A DNA stretch of 64,000 bases from the NCBI GenBank assembly GCA_027604505.1, contig JADIIX010000053.1:62001-126000 (forward strand), read 5' to 3'. Below the pieces are notes generated by a model. That model ran no database searches, was not told where the DNA came from, and worked only from the letters and a program-made list of their open reading frames with translations. The position numbers were made by a program, and so were the translations under genes. Below, piece after piece: positions 1-12,925 of the stretch. Numbering within the stretch: the first letter of the stretch is position 1; every line of letters starts with the position of its first letter. The DNA comes from Gonapodya sp. JEL0774 (taxonomy: Eukaryota).

Positions 1-1309
1 GCGTGTACCCAACCTGGCACATTTGGGATATCCGCCCATAGACATTTTGGAAATCCCGGTTTCCGTTCTGCCCGGTTTAGAGTTCTCTCATCCGCCATAA
101 AACAAACCAACCCCAAACCCCGTCCTGAACCACCCACCTGTATACCACATCCACTGGATCAATCACGCTCACCACAGCCACCTGCGCACACCCGGCAGAG
201 ATTGCATCCACAACATACTGCGGTGTCGAGGCCGGGAGACGGCGGCGGACGTGAGGGCGCAGGGTGGAGAATGTAGAGAGTTGGATGGAGGAGCCAGTCG
301 CTAGAAGGCGAGTGGTGGTTAAAGGAACAGAAGACGAGTGAAAAATCTGAGTTGGGAGGTACTGAAATTGGCAGAGCGAATTTGCTTGTGTAACACCTCA
401 AACATGCTTAGCCACTCACCAAATCGGATTATTCCGCTGTCAACTCCACGCCAAAGTCCGCGAATACCTTCATTTCGTCCAATGTGAGCCAGCGCCCTTA
501 CGAACCCTCTGTTCACATACTCGTGTTGAGCGCCAACCACTCGGGCACTTTCTGCGCTGCTCAGGCGGATCCGCGCACTCTCTCTCATGTAGGACTGCTG
601 TCGTACCTTTACCATCACCACGGGACTTCCCACCACACCACCAGCCGCCCCACACAAACCCCCCGCCAGCACCGCCGCCGCCCACTTGTTGCCTCCAGTT
701 AGCCTCGTCCGTTCAATATACCGCCGGACGGGATCGAATAGACTGAGACGAGTACCGTTCATGGTTATTTGGAACGCGTATGCTGGTAATAAGCCCTTGT
801 ATAGGGCAAGAAAACCTTCCTGGCGCAGGATGGTGGTGAGCGTGTGGAGGGTAGAACGATAGTAAGGGTTTTGAGGAGAGGACTTGGTTAAGGAACCAGT
901 GGAAGCGGAGGAAATGGGAAGGGACGAGGGCGTGTTTTGGAGCTGCAGCCGCGTTTTGATGACTGAAATTTAATGGTTGCGGGGAGGGATAAATAAGTAA
1001 CCAAGACATGCCAAAATCAATACACCAGAACCCGGGTCGTCCGAATTACGCGTTGTCAGGACATGGTGTCCGGAGTGGCTCCCCTGATTCCAAGTGGCCT
1101 CTCCTTCGTTGCACTCCTGCTACATATACATAATCCAAGGAGTCCACTTACCCTCCCTGGTGTTATTCCGATGATCGAAACTCACCATCAAATGGCTCCG
1201 TGATAGTCACCCCTACACATGCCGCGGTTGAGGCTGTGATAAAATTCTTAGCGGCTTCGGCAACGAGCGGTGATGAAGAAGTAGCAGATCCATCCAGGGG
1301 GGAACCCAT
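1..1309 (-). CDS. OAC1: Mitochondrial carrier family protein, OAC1/SLC25A34-35-like (3' end runs off the window)
   Basis: Manual splice of exons 1309-1186, 962-420 and 301-138 gives MGSPLDG..TEPFD|VIKTRLQLQ..EGFLALYKGL..MNGTRL..GSPVVMVKVRQQS..VGAQHEY..EGIRGLWRGV..GSSIQLSTF..DPVDVVY. This has three Px[D/E]xx[K/R]-type carrier repeats and OAC1-like motifs. Confidence 0.85.
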
Positions 1310-2530
1310 GGACGAGGATTACCAGATGGGTGAAAATACTTCAAACGAATTTGAGATTTGCAGGACTCCGCTTTGGTTCGGGTTTGGCCCACCCCTTTTT
1401 GGGATGACCCCTCGAGGTATGACTCATCATCACAATCACCTGCTTCCTTCCTGCACACATGACCGTGATTGTACTGTTACCGAGCGAGAGATTTTGATCG
1501 CACAAGTGATAAGAGCCCATAAAACTCAACTGCAAAAGATCTTGTGCGAGTAAAGGTGGAGCAGGACTTGCAAAGCGCCTTATCACATTCATCTAAGCCA
1601 TCCATGAAGCTGAACTATTCGTCAGAGATTGGATTTGAAGTAGCCAGCAGTTCAAGGAGCGCACAAACGTGTATGAGCTTGGCGGAAGATTGTCATATGT
1701 ACCATGATATTGCGTATCAACTGACAAACGAAATAACCAAAACAATTGAGAATACGAACGATAAAAGTTTAAAGGGAAAAGACAGAGAGCCGCAGATGTC
1801 TATCGCATGAAGAAAAACAACAAAATGAAGGGAGAGAGTCAAGTTTCCAATAAAAAAGTCAATGTGGTTGACGAGGAGGTGTTGCAAAGGTGAAGGAAGC
1901 CCGTGAACTGTCTCAGATAGAGGAAGATCCAAGATGTTCCACCAACGGCACAAAGATGGCTCGGGGGTATATCTGTCCACTCCTATGCGGTGGCCAACAA
2001 TAGCAAAACGAGTTCCGAGCGTGAATGTGGGTATGCTTTTGGGGGATAGCAATCAAAGGGGTAGTCAGTACGGTAACGAGATTTGCTGCCGTTTTTCTGA
2101 GAGTAGAGATCATCTTCAATCGATGTAGCCGGAATTCAAACTGTTCTGTTGGCGAACCGTTGCAGCCGGCTGAGTGGTATGTCGTAATACCAGGGAGTGT
2201 CCGCAAATAACTGAGGTTCTCTAGTAACAGAGGGGATAAGGCAGCCGTTGACCAGGGTCCAGCTTCGTCCCAACACCGCGAGAGTAGAACTGAGATTTCG
2301 AACACCAGCATCCCTGGGTTGAACACTAACTATGCCCTGCCGCACGCGCCCTAGCACATCACACCACCAACGACGCTTCAAACGGTGTCCAAGTCAAGAG
2401 TAAGCTAGCGTTCCTGCCGCTGCGCTTGCAAACTACGATTACACCGATTTCGGTGGCTGCACTCCACACATCTAATCGTGACATCGACCACAATTTCAAT
2501 CCAACGTCAGCTTGGACGATAAACGCCTCT

Positions 2531-4571
2531 CTACTCCGCTGCAGACGCATATCCCCTCTCCAACTCCTCCGCCCCAATCCTGAATGCATTTTCCACCATA
2601 GCCGCAATCTGCCCTGGACCAGGATCTTCATCCGCCGGAAGCTGAATCCTCACCCGAGAAGACCCACGCTTTCCACGCTCCTGACGGGAGAGGCCACCAG
2701 AAGGACTCAGGATACCACCGGTGGATTGTGGCTTGTCGCCGATGCCAGGCCCGGAGAATGTCGCAGCACGTTGGTCAAAGCGGCCTCGGGAGGTCGGAGA
2801 CGTATCTGAGCCGCTGTCGGGGAAGAGAACCCGAGCTGTGCCTTCACCAAAGTGTCGGGGGGATCCTGATGCGGATGACGACGTGGAGGATCCGGACATG
2901 AGCCGCACCCGCTCTTGTTCCTTCATGAGCTTGAAGACTACTTCTTTGAGCTCTCGATTTTCCTGAGTGAGCTTCGTGATTTTGACACGCTGCTCCTCGT
3001 TGGCGCGAACTTGTTCAGCCAGTTGCTGAGTGAGGTGGGCTATGAGCGGAGTAGGATCGACAGTGAGTGTACGGCTAGATTGCTCAGATTGTGATTGCGA
3101 ATGTGATGGTGGGGGCATGGTTGACGAGGTGACGGAGGAGGTGCGGCTGTGTGTCGTGCGGGGTGAAGATATTGGGCCCACATTCGGGGAATGGGACTCG
3201 CTTGACTGCGCAAAGATGCCACTACCGCTGCTACTGTAAACGGTTGAGTCTTGTCCCATCCATGTTGACGGAGAAAGCAACGATGACATATCCAAGGGGG
3301 AAGCGGGTCCTGAGCTGGTTTGCACGCTCAGGGAGACCGCGGGTGAGTGCGTCATTGATAAAGTGGACACGGAGAGCTTAGGCGACTGCTTTTGAGCGAG
3401 TGTGGTCGAGCCGCCGGAAGAGATGGAGGATATCGATTGCAACGATGGGATGTTGGGATTCGAGAGGTGGGCGTAAGAGAAGGCACCCGTGTTGGGCAAC
3501 GAAGAGTTGCTATGAGATCTAATCAAATTAACCAGAGCAGGGACTTGTACTGCGGATGGTGTGGGATGCGTCGGTGGTGAGTTGGGCATAAGGTTAGGAG
3601 AAGGCGCTAAGCTACGTTCAACCGAGGAGCGGTGTTCCCCGGATGATCGCTGCAAATGTGAGAGCGATGAATAAGAGGTGGTACCGGTCATAAAACTCTC
3701 GTTGTCCTTGTGGCGCCGCATATGGTCATGAAGAATGGCGAGGATCTGTGGGTTGGCAAGTTTCGTGGCGGTCTCCAGACATGAGTCCGTGACCTCTGCG
3801 CCGTGTTCCAATAGAACCTTTATGACGTCTGGATCTGGAGACTGCTCCACCCAGTCATATATCTGTGCCGAGAAGGAAGGGTTGTTGATGACAACATTGG
3901 CGCCCCGCTTGTTGAATGCGGCTCCACCCGCAGACAAGGAGAAATCCAGAGCGGAAGCAAAGCTGCGAGTAAGCCACCATCGTTTGGAGTCCCAGTGTTC
4001 GCGAGTCCATGTGTTCACTGAAGCGGCGATCTGCCAACGAATGGGGGCGTTGGGATTGCATCCTAGAGCAGAAAGTGGGGGAAATGTAAAAGAGATGACG
4101 TGAAACAACGGAGTCAAAGGTTGGGTGAAAAATTGGACAGTTTGATAATTCGAACTTTATGTTCAACCCACCGTGTTCCAGCAGTGCCCAGACAAACTCC
4201 GCCTTTCCGCTTCGGATTGCAATACATAAAGCAGACTCCATTTGACGGGTATCTTGGAGTTTCTCTGTGGGTGATTTCGCGCACAGGATGCGGATAGTAT
4301 TCCGGAAAGTGGTTGTCCGACGTGTCGCGAGAACAAGACGGATTCAATGGTCCGAGGGAACAAGATGCATTCAAATTATTTCATTTTAAATATCTTGAGA
4401 TTACTACGATGATCGCGGCTTACCTGAAAATAATCCCAACTTGCAGACAAGAGTGACCGACTTGCACGCTCGGGAAGGGTCAGCCCCTTCGCGAAGGGCC
4501 TTTTGAACCAAATCAAGTCTGCCTTCTTCCAAAGCCTCAATCAAGCGTCCGTTGGCGGCTTCCGATGCCAT
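2531..4571 (-). CDS. Ankyrin-like repeat protein with Ser/Pro-rich linker and coiled coil
   Basis: Exons read MASEAANGRLIEALEEGRLDLVQKALREGADP, MESALCIAIRSGKAEFVWALLEHG and GCNPN..DVIKVLLEHGAEVT. A coiled coil (LTQQLAEQVRANEEQRVKITKLTQENRELKE) follows. Stop at 2531. Confidence 0.75.
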
Positions 4572-5070
4572 CGTGAGCGTCTCTGTCCCTTCAGAGCTTG
4601 TATCTTTAAGACAATGAATGTGTGCAGAAAATTTACATGCACAGAGTGTTTCATGAGACTGATGGGAACTTTGCAAAAGAGAATCGATACAATGCCTACC
4701 TGTGCTCGCCAGCGTGTTAGCAGGTCTGTGAATGGTGATTGTTCTCCGACTCTAAGAAGGTTGCAGTTTTCACCACAGGGTGTTTTATTTTCGTCGTCAG
4801 TGCAGTGAGTGTTATGTCAGCAAACCTTCGAAGAATGAGTTCCAGGATCGAATAGCTCCTCTCAATCGACACGCGTCACGTTAATTATTTTAATGCGCAG
4901 ACGAATGTCAACTTGTCTTTGCGGGGTCGGCCCGATTTCCCGAGTAATCAGAACGTGATATTCCACATGCAAAATGAGTAAGGAGCGAAAATGTTTACAT
5001 TTTAGAAATCATTCCTTTTTGGCTGGTCGAAACAAAACCTGCAAAAAAACCTGTGCAAGATTTGACGATC

Positions 5071-7601
5071 ATGAAATGGGAGACTCCCCTGCCTCACCCT
5101 CACGAACATAACTATAGTTCCAAATTACCAGTTCGAATGCCATTCGGCCTTCTCAGCGCAGCGTCTAAAGCGCTCACGGACATCTCTCATTGGACGGGAC
5201 TGGACTCTCCCACCGGGTGAGTCATCCTGTCATGGTCATTTCATCAAACGATGCTGCACAACTGAGATGTTATTGACGTCGGGACGGCTGTTCCCCAAAC
5301 CATTACAGTCCTTCGCTGCCCTTGATGTGGGTGCGCATGGGTAAGTTGAAGTCTAGTCGAGAGCTCTGTTGGCAAATGTGAACTCGTTCCTCCTCTGTAA
5401 ATATGTTCTTCTACAGGTCTGCAGGTGCCAAAGACCATCATTGACCGCTTAAATGGAAACTCAGTGTGCCCTCAGTGTGAGTTGGAGCCCTAGAAATTGT
5501 AATTCTCCGTGAAATCGTTGGGATGTCAATGAAATTATCACGTGAAAGCCAAGCCTGACCTTTCCAGAGGTTTAAGTGCTCATTATCCATAATAGCAACA
5601 CTGCAAAATTCGAAGAACAAACAATGATTTCTGCCTCATTCGCGGAGGAGGCTATTCGACATGCAAACTGTTGAAGGCTAACAGTCCATTGCCCACTTCT
5701 CCCTGCTCTCTCCACGTCCCTAGGGACTCTCCCAGAAGAAACTATCTTTGCAATGATCCGCGTGTTTGCCACCTCTACCGACCACGGCAATCCTATGACG
5801 CGAATGGGTTATCCGCAGATACAGTTCCTACGAATGACTTGTTCCGAGAAAACGGAACGAGTCGAAGCTGAGTTCGAAGGACATTCTGTGAAGGGATACT
5901 GGATTGGGACATCTCCCGTGGCGTTGGATAGACCGGGGGACCCCACAATACTTTACATTCATGGTGGTTCATTTGTGACTGGCCACCCTCTACAAACTTG
6001 TCACGCAATGGTGAGCGGAATTTTTCCGCATTAAACCTTTAGCCCTCGCTGGAATCTTTCACTGTAGGCTTCTCTACTATACCTACTCCGCACGGAGGAG
6101 AACTTAAACACCAGGATATTCGCTCTCGAGTACCCACTGGCGCCAGGTTCGTTGTAACCGAACTTGAAGCCATCTCCATCAATTATATGAACAACAATGG
6201 TTTAAATTTCAGAAAATCCTTATCCCGCAGCATCGGATGCTTCCGTGCGGGCTATTCGGTGGTTGATAGACGTTGTGGGAATTGAGAACCTGATCATAAG
6301 TAAGAGAGGCTCTTCAAAAGCTGTTTTAAACCACAGTCAGATGCACTCAGGTCCCAATTCCTGCCTCCGTCATTGTCTTTTGAAGTTGGTGACAGTGCAG
6401 GTGGCAATCTTACCCTGTCGTCCATTCTCCGTCTCCGGGATCAGTTTCCACCGGCGGCATACCTCCACCACATAGTGGGCTGCGTGCCGATATCGCCATA
6501 CGTTGATTTTCTTGGACCTAGGATGCCTCCGCATGTGGACATGTCGTTGAATGGAATGGACGCGGGATTGTTTACCGACTACTTGGTGAGTAAATGTAAC
6601 CAGTGTACTTGGTATACTCAACATAAGCACATCTTTGATGAAGGGTGGATTTTTGGGTCGAGCGGCATCTCGTTACTACACGGGAACGAAACCGTATGCC
6701 TTCTATAAAACGCCTGATGCTTGGGTAAGTTGTGAAGTTATGAGAGTTCTGAAGGTTGACGCTATGATCACCTTGCTGTGCTTTATATAAGCCTGTTATC
6801 TCGGATGAGAACGCTTGGGATGGGATATGGTTGAAAGAATGGGAGCAAGTATGAGTCCATGCAGAGAATTCACTTCACTTTCAAGCAATATGAGTCTCTG
6901 AATCCTTGTTTACTCAACATCAGATCTTGGGCATTGGTCATTCTCCAGCGAATTCGAACTCCAAAACGGCTACGCACAGCGAAGTCCTTCCTGCCCGTTC
7001 CCGCTTGCTCCGACGTATGTCGTCCTCCAATGGCAATGCTAGTGCCACTGAATCCGACACCGAGACAAGCACTGGTGGATCTCGCCGGAGCAGTCTGCAA
7101 CGCAGATACTCTTTCGTTTCTGACCGTCACCCTCCCTTGGGCAACTCGGCTGAGCTTAGCGGAGTGCCGTTTCCGCACTTGGAGGAACTCCAACAACCCT
7201 ATTATCAAAATCACGCACTCTCCTTACATGATCTCGAGCGCATCCACCTCACTCGCGCACTCGACCCGTATTGCAGTCCATACCGCGCTGCAACATTCGC
7301 CAATCTTCCTCCTATGCTTTTTGTGGTGGGGTCCAAGGAGCTTCTGTCCTTTGACATCCTGAAATGTGTACGGAAAGCACGACGCACAATCGCAGTGGCA
7401 AAACAGAACGGGAAGGAGGCCCTGGATAACCCTAAAGGGTTTGGAAAAGTTGATTTAATTGAAGAACCTGTTGGAGTTCATGTCTACCTTCTCTTACCGG
7501 AAGGGTTGGTGGGGAACAAAGGAATCAGTGCACTCAAGGATGTGGCGGGGTGGATTTCAAGTGCGTGGAAGGAGAGAAAGCCGAGTGTAAGATTGGAGTA
7601 A
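5071..7601 (+). CDS. Alpha/beta hydrolase, HSL/GDXG family (Say1/Abhydrolase_3-like), multi-exon
   Basis: Motifs ILYIHGGSF, IFALEYPLAP|ENPYPAA, I|GDSAGGNL, ISPYVD, LPPMLFVVGSKELL and GVHVY lie across GT-AG introns. The start codon is tentative. Confidence 0.85.
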
Positions 7602-7680
7602 TTGATTTTCAAAAGTTCAGATTAGCAAAGTAATTCAATTGTAAATTTCAAAAATTCTTCGCAACAACAGGTTGTCAAGC

Positions 7681-7931
7681 AGTTTATTCGTTTCGATCGC
7701 GCCAAACTGTTACTTCTGCCGGTCAGGTGAGACGGGCGCGAGAGGACTCTATTTCTTTCATATTCGCTACTGTACATGCACATATTACACTCTTCTCGTC
7801 AGTGAGCCGTGCCTAGGTGACACAAAACCTCACCAGCACCCAACACTGATCCATCCAGCTTCTCAAACAAGTTTATTCGTTTCGATCGCGGCAAACCTCC
7901 TCACCAGCACCCAACACTGATCGATCCAGCT
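7681..7931. repeat. Tandem duplication of a ~62 bp unit upstream of TRAX, first copy interrupted
   Basis: Block A at 7681-7707 matches 7870-7896 (26/27). Block B at 7828-7860 matches 7899-7931 (32/33). Confidence 0.9.
7708..7822. mobile_element. Candidate short solo LTR (115 bp)
   Basis: The insert is absent from the second repeat copy. It begins TGTTAC and ends GTGACA (TG..CA, 5/6 inverted repeat), flanked by CAAAC and CAAAA. Confidence 0.55.
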
Positions 7932-7944
7932 CGAACATAGCCGC

Positions 7945-9631
7945 ATGGAAATCCCCAGTAACCAGACGATCACAAGTACTCCTAGCCATGCCGAGGGATT
8001 GCAAATCACAGCAGATCCGATTCGTGCGCTTTTTGAAAAGTGCGCGGTTCAATTGAGTGCACTGGTGAGGGTCAACTTTCATTTGGTGAAAGCAAAACTC
8101 TACCAACAGAGACAGATGACGTTTGGCATATATATCTACTCGGATTCCCTTCCCTGAAAGCACGACCGCAGAGAGCGCCTCGTAAAAATTTCACGGGACA
8201 TCACAATCTCCTCAAAACGACTCATTTTCCACCTTCATCGGTTAGTGACTGCTTATCCAGTGTTGACAGTTTGAGGTTTGAGCTCAGTGTACCTCCAGTT
8301 CATCTTCCCCCGAATCCGACACCTCCACCATTCTTTCCGAAGCTGTCCAACGACACACCGAATTGCTTAATCTATTTTCCCGTCTTGAAGAAGAACTGAG
8401 GCTGAGTCTCGACAACCCAAGCCCTTCAACGTAAGCGCTCGTGCTGCAAACCTCCGGGGCTGCCACCACCGATGAATCATGATAATGTATTTGTTGTTTA
8501 CTTCCTTCGAGCGTCTTGGTGGTGCGGCCAACAGCCGACCCTTCACTGCCAACGCCTGGTCACCTTACCTATCGAAGTGAAGCTCAACAGTCACATAATG
8601 AACAGACTGCGGGAGACGGCACTGGCTTGACTGCACAACCTCCCACTGACAGCTCTAGCAATGCTCAAGACATCCAAGAGCCTCCGCAGAAACGTCAGCG
8701 TGTTGAGAATGCTACCACAGAATCCCCACATGCGTCAACGGGAACCCGCACACAACCGGAGTCAATTGATCCTGCATTTGTGGCGAACTTCTACAGGTTC
8801 CTTTCGGCATACGCGCCAGGTCTCGAAGAGTTCACAGAAGCGGCGTTGTTTTGGATCTATCTCAGAGACAATGGACGACTTGCAACTGCCACAGACGTGG
8901 CCGCCCTAATGGGAGGTGTGAGGGTCCTCTTTCTCCTTTGAGAAACATGTGTCACCTATCACTGATGTAGGTCTAATTGTATTATCCAGTCCCTCTTGTT
9001 GCCGCCGGACATTTTTGCATGCGGTCTTGCCGATCTTACGGGGGAGCTTATGCGGCTCTGCATCAATCACACCACTCGTGGAAGTACCGGTGAATCCGAG
9101 GCCATTCGCGCCGCATGTGCCGTGAGAGCAGCAGCGAGGGCGTGGCCGGACATCGGAGCGTACTCTTCCTCGGCAAGGTCGAAGTGGAGTGCACTGGAAG
9201 GGAGCTTGAGGAAAGTGGAGGGAGGTAGGTTGCAATTCGGTGGCGCTTCATAGCCCATTGTAGTAGGTCTTGACAGCTGTACTGGATTTCAATTCCCCTC
9301 GGCCGAACTCTACCAAGCACTGTATTCTCTTCGTCTACGCTCACTTGAAGGCAACCTTCTCCCTTCAGGTGCTGCGCTTTTGCCACCCACACTCATATCC
9401 CTTGACTTGCCTCAAACTTCACTATGGGCGCCTCTCGATCCCGAGTACAGTAATGGTGGAGGGGGGGATGTCGAAGGTGATAGAAGAGAGCCAATGGAAG
9501 CTCACAGTGGGTGGTCAATTCGGGATGTTGGTGCTTCCGGAGGAGAGAGAGGTGGGGATCGAGGGGGAGGAAGGTGGGCGGATAGGAGAGGTCGAGGAGG
9601 TGGGAGGGGTCGAAGAAGCCGAGGGGCGTGA
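7945..9631 (+). CDS. TSNAX: Translin-associated factor X (TRAX, C3PO nuclease subunit)
   Basis: Motifs [50 protein letters not shown] and [18 protein letters not shown]. The acidic catalytic-type residues are present. Confidence 0.88.
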
Positions 9632-9974
9632 CACGTTAAAATCCCATTTCTGATTCCAAATACTTTGGAAGGGCTTTCTTTCAGAACCAAATCAATTGAT
9701 TGAGAATTTACACTGCTTCATTCAAAGGAGGTCTCAAGAGCCAGCCGCTCGTTAGGAGCGGTGTGAGTGTAAACCCCCGCGCCTCTAGATTCAGCGAAGA
9801 TTTCTTTTGCTCAGAGGGAGAGAATCCAAGAAGGCCAGTCCGGATTGCCCCGTTTGCAATCTGAATCAGGTATTTCCTTCATTAGGGGCAGGGTTGTCAT
9901 TCTGATGCATATGTGTCGTCAACAGATTCTATCTTCCCTCCGCTTACCTCCAGTGACACTGTTTCTTTATTGAT

Positions 9975-10835
9975 ATGCAAGCGCTCTTACCTGTTCCGCC
10001 TCCAGTCGTCAATACCTCCTTTTCTCCAGACATCTCAGAAGAAAGGCGTATTCCCTTTTCCTTGAGTGATGCACAGCTAATTGAAAGCATCGAGGCAAGA
10101 GATGTGGAAGGAGTTCGAAGAGCTCTAATGAATGGTGCGGATCCAAATTGCAGGAAGCGCGTTCTGCTGGGATCGCGCGTTTTTAGCGACTCGAAATCGA
10201 CCAAAGACCTTTTCCGAAGGGAGTCTCGAGAGAAAGGCACCGGACCAAGCGAGATTAAGGTCGCTGCGGCATCATGCGAGTCTGCACTAGCCCTAGCGAT
10301 CATTGTGGACTCGTTGGATATTGTCCAGTTGCTATTGCAGGCTGGAGCTGATACAAACATCGGAATCGAGTGGCGGATTATCAAAGCCCGCCCCGTTTGG
10401 ACAGAAGAAATATGGTCGGACGTTGTGTTGCGTGGATGGGACATTACGTTCACTTTTGAGAGTGGGCTAGAATTCGCTCTCCTTGAAGGTACTGTCACTG
10501 ATCACACGGGATCCCCAGTAACCGCTGTTCAAGAACGGATGAACAATTTCCACTTAATGATCAGTAAAGCCGGAGCACTCGTAAAGTTGGACAACCCCAC
10601 ACAGCATCATGAAACTCTGGAGCAGATTGAATTCGTTCCAAATTTAGAAATGATACCCCTCCTACTCAGTTTCCAAGCACGGCCCACAAAGCGTGCGCGA
10701 GCAGCAATTGTTCGGTATTATTCCGATCCACAGCTGCTCCAACGTCTTGAGGACAGGCACCGCAAAAAGTTTTCTCAACAACCGGACACTTCACGAAGGC
10801 CCCTGGACCGTACTAACTTCAGCTTATCGAGCTAG
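9975..10835 (+). CDS. Ankyrin-like repeat protein, intronless paralog of 2531-4571
   Basis: 286 aa ORF containing LIESIEARDVEGVRRALMNGADPN and CESALALAIIVDSLDIVQLLLQAGADTN. Confidence 0.75.
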   Translation: MQALLPVPPPVVNTSFSPDISEERRIPFSLSDAQLIESIEARDVEGVRRALMNGADPNCRKRVLLGSRVFSDSKSTKDLFRRESREKGTGPSEIKVAAASCESALALAIIVDSLDIVQLLLQAGADTNIGIEWRIIKARPVWTEEIWSDVVLRGWDITFTFESGLEFALLEGTVTDHTGSPVTAVQERMNNFHLMISKAGALVKLDNPTQHHETLEQIEFVPNLEMIPLLLSFQARPTKRARAAIVRYYSDPQLLQRLEDRHRKKFSQQPDTSRRPLDRTNFSLSS

Positions 10836-11089
10836 CGATTAGGATTACGAAAAGACTGAGAACCCTGGACTGACTTGTGCACACATTTGCTGATTATGTA
10901 CCTTTACCCTAGCACCAAGCACCTTTGGATGTGTACACTTCTATTACATGTATTCATAACTAGCAAATGCACTTGAGAGTGAAGAAGAAAAGACGGAAGA
11001 ATCTCTGCATATTTATCAGGTGGCAGATATCCCCAGCTCCCAACCTTTGATTGGAATGCTGCCAACAACCACGGGAATCAAAAACAAAA

Positions 11090-11141
11090 TTCCAGTGATT
11101 TTCCAGATTTTCCAGATTTTCCAGATTTTCCAGTGATTTTC
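11090..11141. repeat. Short tandem repeat of 9-11 nt units (TTTTCCAGA / TTTTCCAGTGA)
   Basis: Sequence reads ttccagtgattttccagattttccagattttccagattttccagtgattttc. Confidence 0.9.
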
Positions 11142-11369
11142 GAGATGTTCTTGACTTGCGACTGATCTGGGGATGTCATTATCGGCAGTCAGCATGTTGA
11201 ACCCTGTGATACAGGTTGGGCAGGCGCATCCCAAGCACGGACGCAGACTAGTCGATCGCTCTCCATCCGTCACAAACCCCGGGTCTTCGTCCCATAAAAA
11301 CAGCTGCTATTACACTTCCCAGCAGTCAAAACTCGACCTCAAACTCTAAACCAACATCGAAGCGAGCCA

Positions 11370-12666
11370 ATGCAACTACTTCCAGAGGAGCTTCTCCTTC
11401 AAATCTTCATGTTCCTGCCGCCTGCTACCGTTTATAGCACCGTTGCCAGAGGATGTAAACGGTTCCGCATTATTGTTTGCTCCCAGTTTCATGATGACGC
11501 TGATCGTATACCTGTCGCTGTATCCCTGACCATCAGACAAGGCGGTCGCCATGGCGAATCATTCGAAGAGCCCGGACAACGAGCTCAGACGACTGGCGTT
11601 CAATATCTCCCTCGCTTCACAAAAGCCAAACTTCACTGGCTGGCTGCTCATGCGGAAGTCTCTCTTCTTCTGACGGTTTTCAACGTGTTAGACAGAGATG
11701 AGATTGATACCCTTGTGAATCACAATCTCAAACTTTTTCGGCAATTCATCATTCTCGGCACAGATTGTCAGGATTACAATTCCTCCCTTCACATTGTCGA
11801 AACTTCGAACGGCGAGCTTTCAGCGCGCGTGTTCCTACATCTCACGCTCTCTTCCTGTTCGCCTCGACTTATCGGCGGACTTTTCTTCTCGATGGGCGGA
11901 GGTCAAGCCTGATCCGTGTCAGTCAGTCCGAACCTTGGGTACCTCAGGATTCCTTCCACCAGTATTGGACGGCATCGGCGGTGTGAGCTACGTGGATCTT
12001 GTCTCCTTCTTTCCGAGTACGGACTTCTTGGACCTCAGTGGAAGTTGGGGAGATTTCAGATATTTTAGGCGGGTGATGGGGGCATTAAAAGATGCCGGAA
12101 AAGACGCCAGGATTGCCAGAGTCCGTATCAACGACAACAACTCTACCCCCCCTTTCAAACCCTATATTTTGTCACAATTCTTCTCCAACTTGAAGGACTT
12201 CGGAAATATTCCCCTGACTTCCTCGCTTTCAGGGGTCCTCTCGCACTCCTCACGATTGCTTTCTCATCCCCGTCCAACAGTTGAAGTCCTTCGATTCTAT
12301 GTGGAGTTGTCCACCGTAGTTGCCAGAGAAGCGGTCCGAGCCGCCGCAATACTCCACTCGGCCTTTCCGTCTGTCAGATTGATGATCTTGCAACTGGAGG
12401 CACAGGATCATCAAAAGTTTGACGATATCAGCTGGCTTGTTGACAGGTGGATCTATGTTTTAGATGCTTTCCACCCTATTGACGAGGTGCGCCTCGTAGA
12501 AGCGGGCGAATGGGGGCTTGAAGTACTCACATTTGTGCAGAGGCTGAAGGAAAAAGTGCAGCAGCGGACCTTGAATGCAAATCACCTTGTGAAGGTTGTC
12601 ACGGTGCGTGTCGGGGAGCGCGAGGATGATTACACCCCGTGGACAGCCGCGCGTGGGGTGCCTTAG
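11370..12666 (+). CDS. F-box domain protein
   Basis: N-terminal F-box LPEELLLQIFMFLP..VARGCKRFRII. Two overlapping frames are joined by a possible 46-nt intron (11902-11947) or by a frameshift. Confidence 0.7.
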
Positions 12667-12925
12667 AAATTCGTTGAGTCCTTTACCTGGAGAGTTGGAG
12701 TATTGTTATCCGGCCTTCGTTTCTTGTAGTGTGTCACTGTGTCATTACCACAATGGTACTGTGTCACAACAGGAATGAGACCCCATTCCACTGTTTGTTA
12801 CTCATTTGGATTTGAACACGTAAATAGGTACTAGGTGTACAGATATTGATCATGCAGTCGAATGATGGTTGCCCAACCAGGTTTGAACCACGAAACCACC
12901 ACTGTTCCTGAGCACACTTTGAAAA

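Noticed and set aside
1419..2210. Plus-strand gene divergent from OAC1
   Set aside because: Short ORFs in different frames, with no consistent splice path or recognisable domain.
11090..11141. Repeated TTCCAG units (WKIWKIWKI ORF) as a CRISPR-like array or coding repeat
   Set aside because: Contiguous 9-11 nt units with no spacers. This is a simple minisatellite in a eukaryotic intergenic region.
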